From assembly GCA_963778655.1 (NCBI GenBank), contig CAVZVA010000009.1:576001-640000 (forward strand): a stretch of 64,000 bases of DNA, in the 5' to 3' direction. This stretch comes from an uncultured delta proteobacterium (GTDB lineage Bacteria; Myxococcota_A; Polyangia; Polyangiales; JAFGIB01). The translations under genes were made by a program, and so were the position numbers. Positions 48,227-58,643 of the stretch are shown piece after piece (the stretch's first letter is position 1; each line of letters begins with the position of its first letter). The notes under the pieces were generated by a model. The model was not told where the DNA came from. It saw only the letters and a program-made list of their open reading frames with translations, and ran no database searches.

Positions 48227-49147
48227 ATGTTGAGGGCAAACGCGTTTGCTACGCTGCTGTTCTTTCTGATTCTCGCGGCCGGAGCGGTGGCAGCATACGC
48301 GCTCAACGGTCCCGTCGTTGGCCCGAGCGTTGTGGTTTTCGCCGTGGCGCTTGCGTGCGCGTCGATCGTGGCGCTCTCGGTGAAGATTGCGGCACCCTGG
48401 GATAGGGCCCTGGTCTTGCGGTTGGGCCGATTTCACGCGCTCCGCGGGCCTGGCTTGTTCTTGATCGTTCCGGTGATTGACACGATCCCCTACTGGATCG
48501 ACACCCGTGTGATTACGTCGTCGTTCAAGGCGGAGAAGACGCTCACGAAGGACACGGTCCCGGTCGACGTGGACGCCGTGCTGTTCTGGAAGGTCATCGA
48601 TCCCCAGAAGGCGGCGCTGGCCGTGGCCGACTACACGAGCGCGATCAGCTGGGCGTCCCAGACGGCGCTTCGCGATGTCATCGGCAAGACGGTTCTTTCG
48701 GACATGCTCGAAGGCAGAAACAAGATCAGCGGCGAATTGCAGCAGGTAATCGACGAGCGGACCGAACCCTGGGGCGTCAACGTCATCAACGTGGAAGTCA
48801 GGGATGTGCTGATCCCCTCGGCTCTCGAGGACGCGATGTCGATGCAGGCACAGGCCGAGCGCGAGCGACAGGCGCGCGTAATCCTGGGCGACTCGGAGCG
48901 TCAGGTCGCAGAGAAATTCGGCGAGGCGGCGAAGTCTTATCGCAACGATCCGATCGCCCTGCACCTCCGCGCAATGAACATGCTCTACGAGGGACTCAAG
49001 CAGAACGCGACGATAGTCCTCGTGCCAAGCTCGGCCCTGGACACGATGCAACTCGGCAATCTAGCCGGGGTCACGGCGCTATCGATGGGCCTCGGGCAGA
49101 ACGCCCCGAGCAAGGAGACTGAGCCCGTCATTCAGCGTCATGCGTGA
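48227..49147 (+). CDS. SPFH/stomatin (slipin) family protein
   Basis: Motifs LVLRLGRF..GPGLFLIVPVID, TLTKDTVPVDVDAV, QTALRDVIG, PWGV and QAQAERERQA. Confidence 0.92.
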   Translation: MLRANAFATLLFFLILAAGAVAAYALNGPVVGPSVVVFAVALACASIVALSVKIAAPWDRALVLRLGRFHALRGPGLFLIVPVIDTIPYWIDTRVITSSFKAEKTLTKDTVPVDVDAVLFWKVIDPQKAALAVADYTSAISWASQTALRDVIGKTVLSDMLEGRNKISGELQQVIDERTEPWGVNVINVEVRDVLIPSALEDAMSMQAQAERERQARVILGDSERQVAEKFGEAAKSYRNDPIALHLRAMNMLYEGLKQNATIVLVPSSALDTMQLGNLAGVTALSMGLGQNAPSKETEPVIQRHA

Positions 49148-49309
49148 CCGTTTCGATTTCGGCCGTGAGCCGGGCCTCGCTCGAGTCGCGGGCAAGCGCC
49201 GCGCCCCTGGCGCAAGCACGCCTCAATGGGCCGTGCGTCGCCCATTTATGCCCCACCCCCCGGGCCGCCCGTCCGCTATGACGTGGCTCGCTGAACGCTT
49301 ACAGCACCC

Positions 49310-49353
49310 CAGCAGCACCCACGTCCCCCACAGCCACCAAGCTCGCATTCAGC
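49310..49353 (-). repeat. 44-bp inverted repeat, copy 1 (pairs with 61955-61998)
   Basis: 41/44 identity with the reverse complement of 61955-61998. Confidence 0.85.
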
Positions 49354-49373
49354 GTTTCAATATGTTCGGTGCT

Positions 49374-50685
49374 CTAGGAGGCGGCCTTCGAGGCGCGCCC
49401 GAGACGCCTCAGGATCTCGTGGTGGCCGTTGCGGGTCAGCCGATAGCGCGAGTATGCGAGCGTCGCGAGGACGCCCACCGCGAGAACGAAGACCGCGGCG
49501 AACACGCCGAGGTTGCGCACCGCAATCGGGTCAACCTCGCCCGGACGCGCGTTCTCGGGGAAGTCGGCGAAGTGAATCACGATCCCCGCCATCAGCGGCG
49601 CCAGCCCGGAGGCGGCCTTCGAGATCAGCGTCATGGCTGCGAAGAGGAGCCCCTCCTGCCGCGCGCCGGTGCGTAGCTCGTGCTCGTCGGTGATGTCGGC
49701 GATCATCGCGCCGACCATGACGAAGCCGACGATGATCGCCGAGTAGCCGACGAACACCGCCACGCACAACAGCTCCAGAAGCGCCCTGTCGCCGGGGGGC
49801 GGCAACACGCCCAGGATCTTCAGGCCGACCATCGCCGGGGTGACGCTCCCGCTAATCAGAGCTGCGATCGCCGCGACCCTACCCTTGCCAAAGCGGCTGG
49901 CGAGCCGGGGTGCCACGACCAGCACGACCAGAGACGCCACCGCGATGATCAGGATAAAGATCGCGAGCTCCTGCGCTTTGAAGCCCCAGAAGAACAGGTT
50001 CATGTAGTTTCCGAGGTTCCGCGAGGGCAGCCTTCCGGGTGCCGACGCTCGAGAGCGCGGTGGTCAGCACCATCACGAGGGCGCCCCAGAGCGCGAACGC
50101 CGGAAAGCCGGCCGGGTCGTACGGATACGCCGACGTCGCCTTGAGAAACACCGTGTATGCGAGCAACGCATTCAGAAGGCCAAAGAGCCAAGCGAACACC
50201 GTGCGTCCGCTCTGAAGACGCGTGCGCTGCTCGTAGTCCTCGGTCAGCTCGGCCACCAGCGCCTGATGCGGGATCGCAAACAGCGTCATCGCGAAGCGCG
50301 TGCCACACGCGAACGACAAAAGCCACGCGAACAGCACCGCCACGGATGCCCCGGCGGGCGGATTGAACACCGCGAAGAAACACAGGCCCAGCGGGATGCT
50401 CGCGGCGAACATGAAGGGATGGCGCCGCCCGTGGCGCGAGCTGAATCCGTCGGACCACAGGCCCACGAGTGGATCGGTGATCGCGTCGAAGCAGAGCGCG
50501 ATGAACAGCGCGATTCCGGTCAGCACCGCGCTCAGGTGGGCCACCTGCTGGTAGTAGAACAAGAGGAACAGGTTGAACGCGTTGTTCTTGACGCCCTCGG
50601 CCGACAGCCCGAGGCCGTACATGAAGCGAACGGATCCACTCAGGGTCCGCGCCTGGTCCCGCCCCGTCTCTGCAGCGTCCGCCAT
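49374..50685 (-). pseudogene. GPH/MFS sugar:cation symporter broken by an internal deletion and frameshift near 50020
   Basis: The N-half has DAITDPLVGLWSD..GRRHPF and AELTEDYEQRT. The C-half has MIADITDEHELRTGARQEG. The frames join at ...KAALA / NLGNYMNLFFW, with the central loop and TM7 apparently missing. Confidence 0.75.
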
Positions 50686-50864
50686 GGTTGCGCCAACTTC
50701 ACAGATGGCGCGGGCGGCGGCAAGGGAGGTCGAGCCGGAAAGGCTCACTCCTGGGATGCCTCGCGGTCGGAGCAGCACGGCTTTGGACCGCCCCGCTCAA
50801 CGCTCGAGCAAGCCCTCTTGTTCGGCCAGGGCTTTGAGCTGGCCCCGGACAAACGCGCTGGCAG

Positions 50865-50903
50865 ATGATCCGAAGCAGCAGATGATCCGAAAAATGATCC
50901 GAA
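50865..50903. repeat. Triple direct repeat ATGATCCGAA
   Basis: Copies at 50865, 50882 and 50894. Confidence 0.8.
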
Positions 50904-50971
50904 GGTGATGCGCGCGTGCCTGCGCTCAAATGCGCGGTCCGTTCCGGCGCGGCGCAGTGGCTGGCGCACGG

Positions 50972-51499
50972 TCAGTAGCAGATCGCGTCCGGGACGGTCC
51001 ACGAAAAGTAGCTACGCGATTCATCGGGTTCGCACACCGTCGCGTTGCCGTCGGTAGGGTCATTCGAAAGGCACCAGCCTTGCATATTGTCGGCGCCGGC
51101 GTGCCAAATTCTGGAGCCATAGCCTCCGACACCGTGGCCAAAGAGCTCGATCTGATCGATCCAGAACCAGTCGCGGCCGCTGATTGACACACTGATCGAC
51201 GTGACCTCAGAGGCGGTTCTATACCACTCGATCTCGGGCCAGACGAAGTCGTTTTTGCCGGAGACCCGCGGGACGCTTCCCGACATGACCTTGGTACTGG
51301 CGTCGCAAAAGGTCACACGAACCGTGATCGTGTTGTTGGTACCGGTATTGTTGATCGTGCCGCCGTTGGGATAGTTGTCGAGCCGGACCCAAGAGATCGG
51401 CACTTCTGCTTTGGCCTCACCGGCTATGATGGTCGAGGCCGCGGTGCATGCGAGAGCGACCGCAAGGTTCAGTTTGAAGAACATTCCGTCCGTCTTCAT
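50972..51499 (-). CDS. Secreted hypothetical protein (possible PLAT-like beta-sandwich)
   Basis: Signal peptide ending AKA-E. The mature part is beta-rich, with NTGTNNTITV and SISVSISGRDWFWIDQIEL. Confidence 0.6.
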   Translation of the reverse strand: MKTDGMFFKLNLAVALACTAASTIIAGEAKAEVPISWVRLDNYPNGGTINNTGTNNTITVRVTFCDASTKVMSGSVPRVSGKNDFVWPEIEWYRTASEVTSISVSISGRDWFWIDQIELFGHGVGGYGSRIWHAGADNMQGWCLSNDPTDGNATVCEPDESRSYFSWTVPDAICY

Positions 51500-51860
51500 G
51501 TCGATACCCTCGTGATTGCGAGTGCGAGAGACGCCGTCGCAGGCTTGCAAGCCTGCCGCGGGTTGACAACTGTGGGTGCTCGACGCGCAGGGATTTTGAG
51601 ACAGAAAACAGATTCGCCCGCGGATGCAACGGCTCGGGGTTGCGTCGAAGAGCAGCGCGAACGGAGCGCACCACGGTGAAATGGCGGCACCTCGCGCCGC
51701 ATGACGCGTCGCCTTCAGGCGTTTGGTGAAGGCGGCGCCGTTATCTCAGATCAATCTCAATTCGTTAGGCGACCGCCTGACATCGATTGACGGGTGCCGT
51801 GGCGTGGCTCGTAGTCCGCGTTGCTGGATCCCCCCACCAAGGTAAGAGCGTCTGCATGAT

Positions 51861-52706
51861 TTGGTGCGCGTGAACAATCTGGTGAAACTGGTGGGCACGG
51901 TGGTTGTACTCGGCTTAGTCGCCGCCTACGATTTCGGGCCCAAGGCGCGGCTTTCGGTCGCGGCTGGCCCGGAGGCGACAGACGACGACGCGCAGTCCGA
52001 ACCGATGTGGAAGCCCCGGACGGCGCTGGCTCCCGCTTCCGGAGGCGGGCCCACCGCGGCGCCGCCAGAGAGTCGGGCGCGCGCGAGGGCGCCGGTGGCG
52101 GCCGCCGCGTCTTCCCAGTCGGTCGTGCAAGAGCAGGGCGACGACGACGATATCGGCCAGGACGAAGCGATATTCGCGGCGGACCAAAGCCCGGAGCAGG
52201 GCGTCTGGCGGGCTGCGTGGGCACGCGAAAGCCAGGACGCCGCTTGGACCCAAGAAGTCGTCGGCGAGGTGACACGAAGCGCGCAGTCGCTTCTTCAGGG
52301 GCACCTGACGCTCAACGGCATCAGCTGCCGCGAGACGGTATGCCGAATGTACGTGCAGTTCGGCGACCAGGCCGACGCGGACGCATTCATCGACGCGCCC
52401 CACGACCAGGCGCTCCACTACGAGTTTCAGCGTCTCGACCCCGGATCCGACGGTAATGATCTCGACCTCTCGAGCCCCGCCTATGAGGTCCTGATCAAGC
52501 GTGAGCATCCCGCAGACCGCGAGCTGCAGCCAGCGGACGACGACGATACAGGCACAGCGCTCGCGGCCATCGGCAACATCGTTTCTGCGACCAGCACGGA
52601 CGGCCCGGCGCCAAGCGTCGAGGCGATGCCAGCGGCGGGTTCGGGAGCCGCGATCGGATCGAAGATGGATCGCCGGCGCGCGTGGGGCTTGCCCCACGCG
52701 AGGTAG
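51861..52706 (+). CDS. Hypothetical membrane-anchored acidic protein
   Basis: N-terminal TM and an ESQDAAW...ISCRETVCRM core. Confidence 0.6.
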   Translation: MVRVNNLVKLVGTVVVLGLVAAYDFGPKARLSVAAGPEATDDDAQSEPMWKPRTALAPASGGGPTAAPPESRARARAPVAAAASSQSVVQEQGDDDDIGQDEAIFAADQSPEQGVWRAAWARESQDAAWTQEVVGEVTRSAQSLLQGHLTLNGISCRETVCRMYVQFGDQADADAFIDAPHDQALHYEFQRLDPGSDGNDLDLSSPAYEVLIKREHPADRELQPADDDDTGTALAAIGNIVSATSTDGPAPSVEAMPAAGSGAAIGSKMDRRRAWGLPHAR

Positions 52707-52973
52707 ACGGCGTGTCCGCGAGTCTCGCGGCCAATGCCGGCGAGCAACGAAATCGCCGCGCCTACCAGCAGCTGAAAGATGATCCAGGATCAAGCCCACC
52801 TCGTGGCAGGGGCGTGCGCGCAGCCCAACTGAGAAGCTATTGAGATCCGAATAGCACAGCCCGCGCTAACCTTGCTTCAACGTGCTGGCCACCAACCAGA
52901 CGGGGTAGGTGGAAGATGCCTCGCTATGAACCGAGCCGAGGGCGCGCCCACCCGGGAAGGACGTGTTGAAGCT

Positions 52974-54542
52974 ATGCCCCAGAAACATATCAGACTACTT
53001 CGGCCGTCCGCCCTACTCGCAAGCATGCTATCGCTGGCTTTCGTGCTCGCGGCGGCCGGCCAAGCTGCGGCCCAGTTCAGCTATCGGCAGTGCTCGACCG
53101 GGAGCTATACCTTCGTTCCGGTCGATATCGGCGCCAGTGAATACGAGCGCAAGACCGATGACAGGACTCAATACGCCAACCTGGGCGAGTACGCTTGGCC
53201 AACGTATTTTAGCGAAAATGTGGCGTCGTTCGTGCCGAGCGTGAACGACTTCAATGTGGAGTACAACTACGACACGCTGTCACTTTGGATGGACACCCCG
53301 AGTGGGGCCTGGAACCAGACGACCTGGACGGGGCAGTATTCGGACGGGTTCATGCCTCAGCGGTACTACTTTGGCAACAGCCGGCTGGCGGTGTTCTATT
53401 GGCACACTGATGACCGGACTACACGACAATCCACCCCGCATCTCGATCAGCTCGCGATCCTGTGTCGCTCGGGGGCCGCGCGGCCTGTGACTTTTCCGAT
53501 CGCGCCGAATCATCGAGTCGAAGGCGTGTTGCTCGGCACCGGCGACGTCATCTACTTCACGACGTACCAGCCTGCCGATCAGGTCCTCGACATCTCCGTC
53601 GACGTGCTCGCCGCCGAGCCGCAAAGCGTGGACTTCGATGTGTATGCGAGTCTGAGCACGACGTTCCCGGACGCCAGTCACGTGGACTATCTTGGCTATC
53701 ACGGTAATGCGACCTCGACCATCGGCGGTGGTGGTGAAGCGATCACGATTCCGTCTTACCCGTCCATGCGACCGGTCTACATCGCGGTGCGCTCCTACAG
53801 CGGCAAGGGCCACTTCGTACTGCACGCAAGCGGCAGGCTGAACGCGGTGACGGCGCTCGACCGAACGGAGGTGTGCGTTCCCGCCAGCATTGGATCACCT
53901 ACCACATACTCCAATTGGAGATACTATGTCAGGACGCTCCAGATGGCGTCTGCGTATGTCGCGCAAATGACCAACGGCGCCCGCAAACCGACTTGGTTCC
54001 ACACTCTCCGTAACTGTTCGGATGCGCATTGTACGAATATCCCTTCCTGCGACGCCGTGCTAAGCGCGCCGGAGTCAGGTACCTGTGGTTCCGGCGGCGC
54101 GGTCCGCGACGGGCGAATCATCCTATCGCCGATCACCTGCTCCAACTACATAGACTCGTGGCTGGCGGGGCGCTCCCTGGCTCACGAGTGGGGACACCAG
54201 GCGCTCGGCCTGGAGGATGAGTACGAGACGATCAAATGGTCAAGTGGGGACCTAGGTCCATTCTGCGGTCACACGCTAATGAACGGCCCCCGCAATTCCC
54301 ACACGCTGTGCACTGCGCTGAACCACTGCCAAGACCCCGGCTACAGCGAGGACTCGCACCGAAACTATCGGCCGCCCGCGGACTACGATTGCAGCTACCG
54401 CAACAGCAACTGGCAAAATCTGGCCGACAGCGGCACGGTGCCGCCTGGTGCGGTGCCGCCTCCGTATACCATGGCCGACCAGTGGGACTCGTTGCGTAGG
54501 AACGAGGTCTGGTTGAACGCGGTTTCGGTGACTCCGCCATGA
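52974..54542 (+). CDS. Secreted zinc metalloprotease-like protein (CUB-like + PPC-like + HExxH domain)
   Basis: Signal peptide ending AAA-Q. Motifs FNVEYNYDTL, DFDVYAS...YIAVRSYSG, AHEWGHQALGLEDEY and downstream TLM. Confidence 0.72.
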   Translation: MPQKHIRLLRPSALLASMLSLAFVLAAAGQAAAQFSYRQCSTGSYTFVPVDIGASEYERKTDDRTQYANLGEYAWPTYFSENVASFVPSVNDFNVEYNYDTLSLWMDTPSGAWNQTTWTGQYSDGFMPQRYYFGNSRLAVFYWHTDDRTTRQSTPHLDQLAILCRSGAARPVTFPIAPNHRVEGVLLGTGDVIYFTTYQPADQVLDISVDVLAAEPQSVDFDVYASLSTTFPDASHVDYLGYHGNATSTIGGGGEAITIPSYPSMRPVYIAVRSYSGKGHFVLHASGRLNAVTALDRTEVCVPASIGSPTTYSNWRYYVRTLQMASAYVAQMTNGARKPTWFHTLRNCSDAHCTNIPSCDAVLSAPESGTCGSGGAVRDGRIILSPITCSNYIDSWLAGRSLAHEWGHQALGLEDEYETIKWSSGDLGPFCGHTLMNGPRNSHTLCTALNHCQDPGYSEDSHRNYRPPADYDCSYRNSNWQNLADSGTVPPGAVPPPYTMADQWDSLRRNEVWLNAVSVTPP

Positions 54543-54744
54543 GGCGAGCTTCTCCACAAAGCGGGAAGCGCGTGACCACCGAATTCGAGATATGGAAGTA
54601 GTACGACTGCTCCCATTCTCTCGTGGTCGGATTTCTGCGCGCGACGGGCTCGGGCGCCAGGCGCGCGACTGCAAGAATGCTCCGAGGATTTCAAAGGAAC
54701 AGGACGCGGCGAGCGGGCCGGTCCCGTGTGGAAGTGCGACCGCG

Positions 54745-55599
54745 ATGGGATTGCGAGCAGGAGTGCTAGGGGCGCCGCGTGGTGCGGGCCGCCGCGCTGC
54801 GGTCGGTGTGGTACTCGTCGCGCTGCTCGGGTGTCGCAGCTCGCGGCCGCCGGCAGCAGCCGAGGGGCCGTCCGTGACGACGCAGACTGTAGCCGCCGCG
54901 CGTTCCGACATTCCGGAGGGCGCTGTCTACCTGGTGCGACCGCGCGCCTTCGTGAAGAGCGGGGTACCCGCCTCCGACCCCGGGCTGCAGCTGAGGGTAT
55001 TCTCGTTTCGCCGCGCGCCTGAGGTGGAGGTGAGCCTCGCTCATAGTCTGAAATTGGTCGATGACGCCAGGCAGCCCGTTGCGTTCACGGTTCACGCGAG
55101 CTTGGACGAAAGCAGCGGCGGGTACGTTGCCGCGATCGTGCCGGCGTCGCGCCTGGCGTCGAATCGGTGGTACACGCTCGTCGTCGCGGCTTCGGACGAG
55201 GTGATCCTGGACGACCTGGGGAACGAGTGGAAGGTCGACTTCTATACCGGGCGCATGCTGCAGATCGCAGAGGTGGAACGAGGCGAGGGCGAGAAGGCAG
55301 ATCAGCTCTACGTCAAGATGACTGAGCGGACAAGGGTCGATCGTGCATGGGCGGCTCGGCTGTTCGCGGACGAGAGTGGTCGCGCGTTGCCTGGTTGCGT
55401 GCAGTTCAACGGCAGGTGCTCGCGTGCCGGTACGTTCGAGGCGGACGGGTTTGCGGTTCTGCTGAACGAACGCGGTGCCGGAAAGCGTGTGAGCTTTGCG
55501 TCGGGCCTGGACAGGGAGGCCGGGCCGATCGCTCGCGCACGCATGCGCCTTCACTTCGAGCCGTGCCAGCGGGGAACCGCCGAATGCGCGCGCTGGTAG
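54745..55599 (+). CDS. Hypothetical lipoprotein
   Basis: Lipobox LLGC and an Ig-like-looking segment (PASRLASNRWYTLVV). Confidence 0.55.
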   Translation: MGLRAGVLGAPRGAGRRAAVGVVLVALLGCRSSRPPAAAEGPSVTTQTVAAARSDIPEGAVYLVRPRAFVKSGVPASDPGLQLRVFSFRRAPEVEVSLAHSLKLVDDARQPVAFTVHASLDESSGGYVAAIVPASRLASNRWYTLVVAASDEVILDDLGNEWKVDFYTGRMLQIAEVERGEGEKADQLYVKMTERTRVDRAWAARLFADESGRALPGCVQFNGRCSRAGTFEADGFAVLLNERGAGKRVSFASGLDREAGPIARARMRLHFEPCQRGTAECARW

Positions 55600-56012
55600 C
55601 CGCCTAGCCGCACGACCATCTGGGGTCATCTGCCAGCGGCTGGCGGGGATCTTCGGAGATGATTTCCATCGAGCCTAGGCCGAAGCGAGCGCGCCTGTGT
55701 TTCGAGACGCTTCTGGGCGCATCACCACTGCGAACCGACCGGTGCGCGCGCGGTCGGCTCTGTGCTCGGCCCCTGCAGGCCCAAGCTAGTCGACGTGCGG
55801 CCGGCGATTCACGAACTGGAACAATCTCAATTGGGTCTCAGATGAGCCCGTGGGCGCCAACTCGTCGCTGCCATCGTGGTACGACGAAACCCGAGGCCAA
55901 GCGACCTGCTCCGCACGAGCGTAGCGTGCCGGGCCTGGCGTCGCCCGACCGACATCCGGCGTGTGCGTGGCGACGTGGGGTGCCTGGCGTCCGCTTCCAG
56001 GAGGGAATACTG

Positions 56013-58433
56013 ATGACGATTGACCGTGGGACCGCGCTCTGCCATTTGGTGCAGCTAGAATTAGTTGCTGCCGCAATCTGCGGCGTTTTGCTCGCCCTCG
56101 TGAACGTGAGCTACGCGCAGAGCTCGCAGGTCGTCCTGACTCCCTCATCGACCTACGACGGATTCACACCACGCTATGTCGGCTATCACATGGGGGCCCC
56201 GGTCGATGCCCGCGCTTTGACTTGGCTCGAACACTCTGACGTCAACGCAGCACGCGTGTGGTTGAACGCTTCGGCGAGCTCCACGCCTCGAAGCGACCCG
56301 AGCTACGGTCCCGCTCCGCAGAACCGCGACCAGTTCGTGGCCTTTCGTTTGGCGCTCAGAGAGGAAATCGACAACAGCCTCCTGGGGAGTCGTGGGGCGG
56401 CTGATTGCAGCGCGCCGATCGGCAGTGCGTCGTTGCCGGACGAGTACGTCGACTGGACCAAGTACTTCGACTACGCCAGAGACAGGATTAGCGAAACCTT
56501 TGGCACGCTGACGCGGATGGGCGCGAACGTACTGATTCAGCACACTCTTGGGACCTCGCAGTTCCCCTTGAGCGGAACCCGCGATGACGCTGCGAGCTTC
56601 GATGCGGGCCAGACCAACCAACGCTGGCAGCTGTGGCGCCACATCTTTGCGCTTGCGTACCGTTACGGCCTCGAATGGGGTGTTTCGCGCTGGCAGATCT
56701 ACAACGAGCCCAATCTCAACGGCGGAAAGCTGAGCAAGCCCGACTTCATGGAGCGCCAGCAGCTGGCGGCCGATGCCGTGCACATGGCGGTCGCGCTCGT
56801 CAATGCGCGCCGAGCCCGCTGCGGGGAGCGGCCACCGCTGGTGGTCGAAATGTTGGCTCCGAACACCGCGTACGACAACGGCGTCGTGACCAGAACCGGA
56901 GCCGATGGCGTGATTTCACCGCTGGGCTTTCCAACGCATACGCTTTCGTGCCCACCCGAGCTTGCGCAATGCACGACTTACTTCTGCAGCGCGATGCCGT
57001 CAATCGTTCTGGCAGACGCCGAATCGAACGAATGTTGGGGCGCATACGCCATCGTGAACAGGACGGCCAGCGACTTTTACGGCATCGGTATTTCGGAAGC
57101 AGGATCATATGCGACGTTGTTTGATACCTATTCGTTTCAGCGGTATGGAGCCTCGGCGGTCCTGGATATGAACGACCTGTGGCACTATCTGGATCATTTC
57201 GGTTCCCCCATGAATATGGCGCTAACCGAAATGAACATCAGATATGCGTCGAGCTTTCTAACGACCCATCACACGATGGAAACACCGAGTGAGTTCCTGG
57301 GCCTCGCTTCGCTGATGATGAACGATGCTCGCGCGGAGAGCCCCTACGAGAAGGACCTGTATGTATTTAAGGAGCGGCAGAGTCAATACTCGCAGAGCAT
57401 AGCGAAGAACGGCACACATTACACGAGCGCGGACAATTCGCAGATCGGCGGAGCGACTTTGAGCGCGGAGGCGGTGCGCCTCTTTGCTCGGGGGTTCAAG
57501 GGTGCCCGGTATCGCTTCCCGGTGAGCAGCACGGGCGACGTCGATGCCCTGGCCTCGTATGATCCGCGGGATCATATGGGGCACGTGATGAGTATCAACC
57601 AGTCTGGCGCGCCGCGGACGGTAACCATAGATTTCAGCCAGTGGGGGGTCGCCAACCGTTTCGTGATGGTGGAAACAGTAAGCCCTGATGCGCGTGGGGA
57701 GGGAAACTGGAATTTCGTGTTCGGCAATCAACTCGTCTTCCCTCAGCCGGCGCAGAGCGTCGCTCTCGTCACCGTGCCGCTGGACGCGAACACGTGGGGT
57801 ATCCTCGAGCCCACAGCGGACGCGACGATCAAGAATGGAGGCAGCAATGCCTACAAGAACTATGGCACGAACAGCTTCCTTTTGGCAGCTAACCATCCGA
57901 CCAACGAGAATGCGCGTAACATGGCGTTCTTGAAATTTCACCTGCCACCGGAGCTCGATCGCGACAACATTCAGATTGTAGAGCTTGCGGTGTGGGGGCA
58001 GAGCAGAACTACGCAGGGTCATGTAGGCACGGAAACTATTGCTCATGTGTACGGAATTGTCGACGATTCCTGGATGGAGACGGGGATTAGGTGGTCGAAC
58101 GCTCCCAACGTCGTTCGCAGCTATCGAGACATCACGAAGATCGCAGACAACGAGGTTAGTGGGATCAACGTCTCGGCCGAGCTGCTGGGTCACCTCACGG
58201 GCCATGCAACGGAGGCATGGCTCGGGATGGACGTCACGGCCTTCGTCAAGGAGCATACGGGGAGCGATTTGACCTTCGTGGTCACGCGAGAGCTGCGCTA
58301 CGAAGCGCGGCCGGATCTCGACCTGCCGGCATCCGATCCGATCGGTGACGATGACCATCGGAGCCTGTGGATGGCCTCACGCGAGAACAGTACGAAACCT
58401 CATCCGTCGCTCGTGGTGATCTACAAGCAATGA
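56013..58433 (+). CDS. Secreted clan GH-A glycoside hydrolase-like protein with a C-terminal DNRLRE/CBM96-like domain
   Basis: Signal peptide ending SYA-Q. WQIYNEPN (acid/base) and ALTEMN (nucleophile). Tail PTADATIKNG...NYGT...MAFLKF. GAGGG RBS. Confidence 0.7.
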   Translation: MTIDRGTALCHLVQLELVAAAICGVLLALVNVSYAQSSQVVLTPSSTYDGFTPRYVGYHMGAPVDARALTWLEHSDVNAARVWLNASASSTPRSDPSYGPAPQNRDQFVAFRLALREEIDNSLLGSRGAADCSAPIGSASLPDEYVDWTKYFDYARDRISETFGTLTRMGANVLIQHTLGTSQFPLSGTRDDAASFDAGQTNQRWQLWRHIFALAYRYGLEWGVSRWQIYNEPNLNGGKLSKPDFMERQQLAADAVHMAVALVNARRARCGERPPLVVEMLAPNTAYDNGVVTRTGADGVISPLGFPTHTLSCPPELAQCTTYFCSAMPSIVLADAESNECWGAYAIVNRTASDFYGIGISEAGSYATLFDTYSFQRYGASAVLDMNDLWHYLDHFGSPMNMALTEMNIRYASSFLTTHHTMETPSEFLGLASLMMNDARAESPYEKDLYVFKERQSQYSQSIAKNGTHYTSADNSQIGGATLSAEAVRLFARGFKGARYRFPVSSTGDVDALASYDPRDHMGHVMSINQSGAPRTVTIDFSQWGVANRFVMVETVSPDARGEGNWNFVFGNQLVFPQPAQSVALVTVPLDANTWGILEPTADATIKNGGSNAYKNYGTNSFLLAANHPTNENARNMAFLKFHLPPELDRDNIQIVELAVWGQSRTTQGHVGTETIAHVYGIVDDSWMETGIRWSNAPNVVRSYRDITKIADNEVSGINVSAELLGHLTGHATEAWLGMDVTAFVKEHTGSDLTFVVTRELRYEARPDLDLPASDPIGDDDHRSLWMASRENSTKPHPSLVVIYKQ

Positions 58434-58643
58434 TTTGTCCGGCAAGCCGCAGCAAAGGCATCGTGGGTTCGGGAGAAGCCCAATCGAGGTAGCGGCCTGG
58501 CTCGCCCGCAGCCGCTGCATCGTGGCGCGTAGTAGCACAGCAAGCGCTCCGCTATAGCCGTCGCGCGCCGCAATCGGTGCAATCGCCGCCCAGTTCTTCG
58601 TCGCTGAATGCCCCTTTCGTGGTCACGCGCACCAGCGGCGCGC

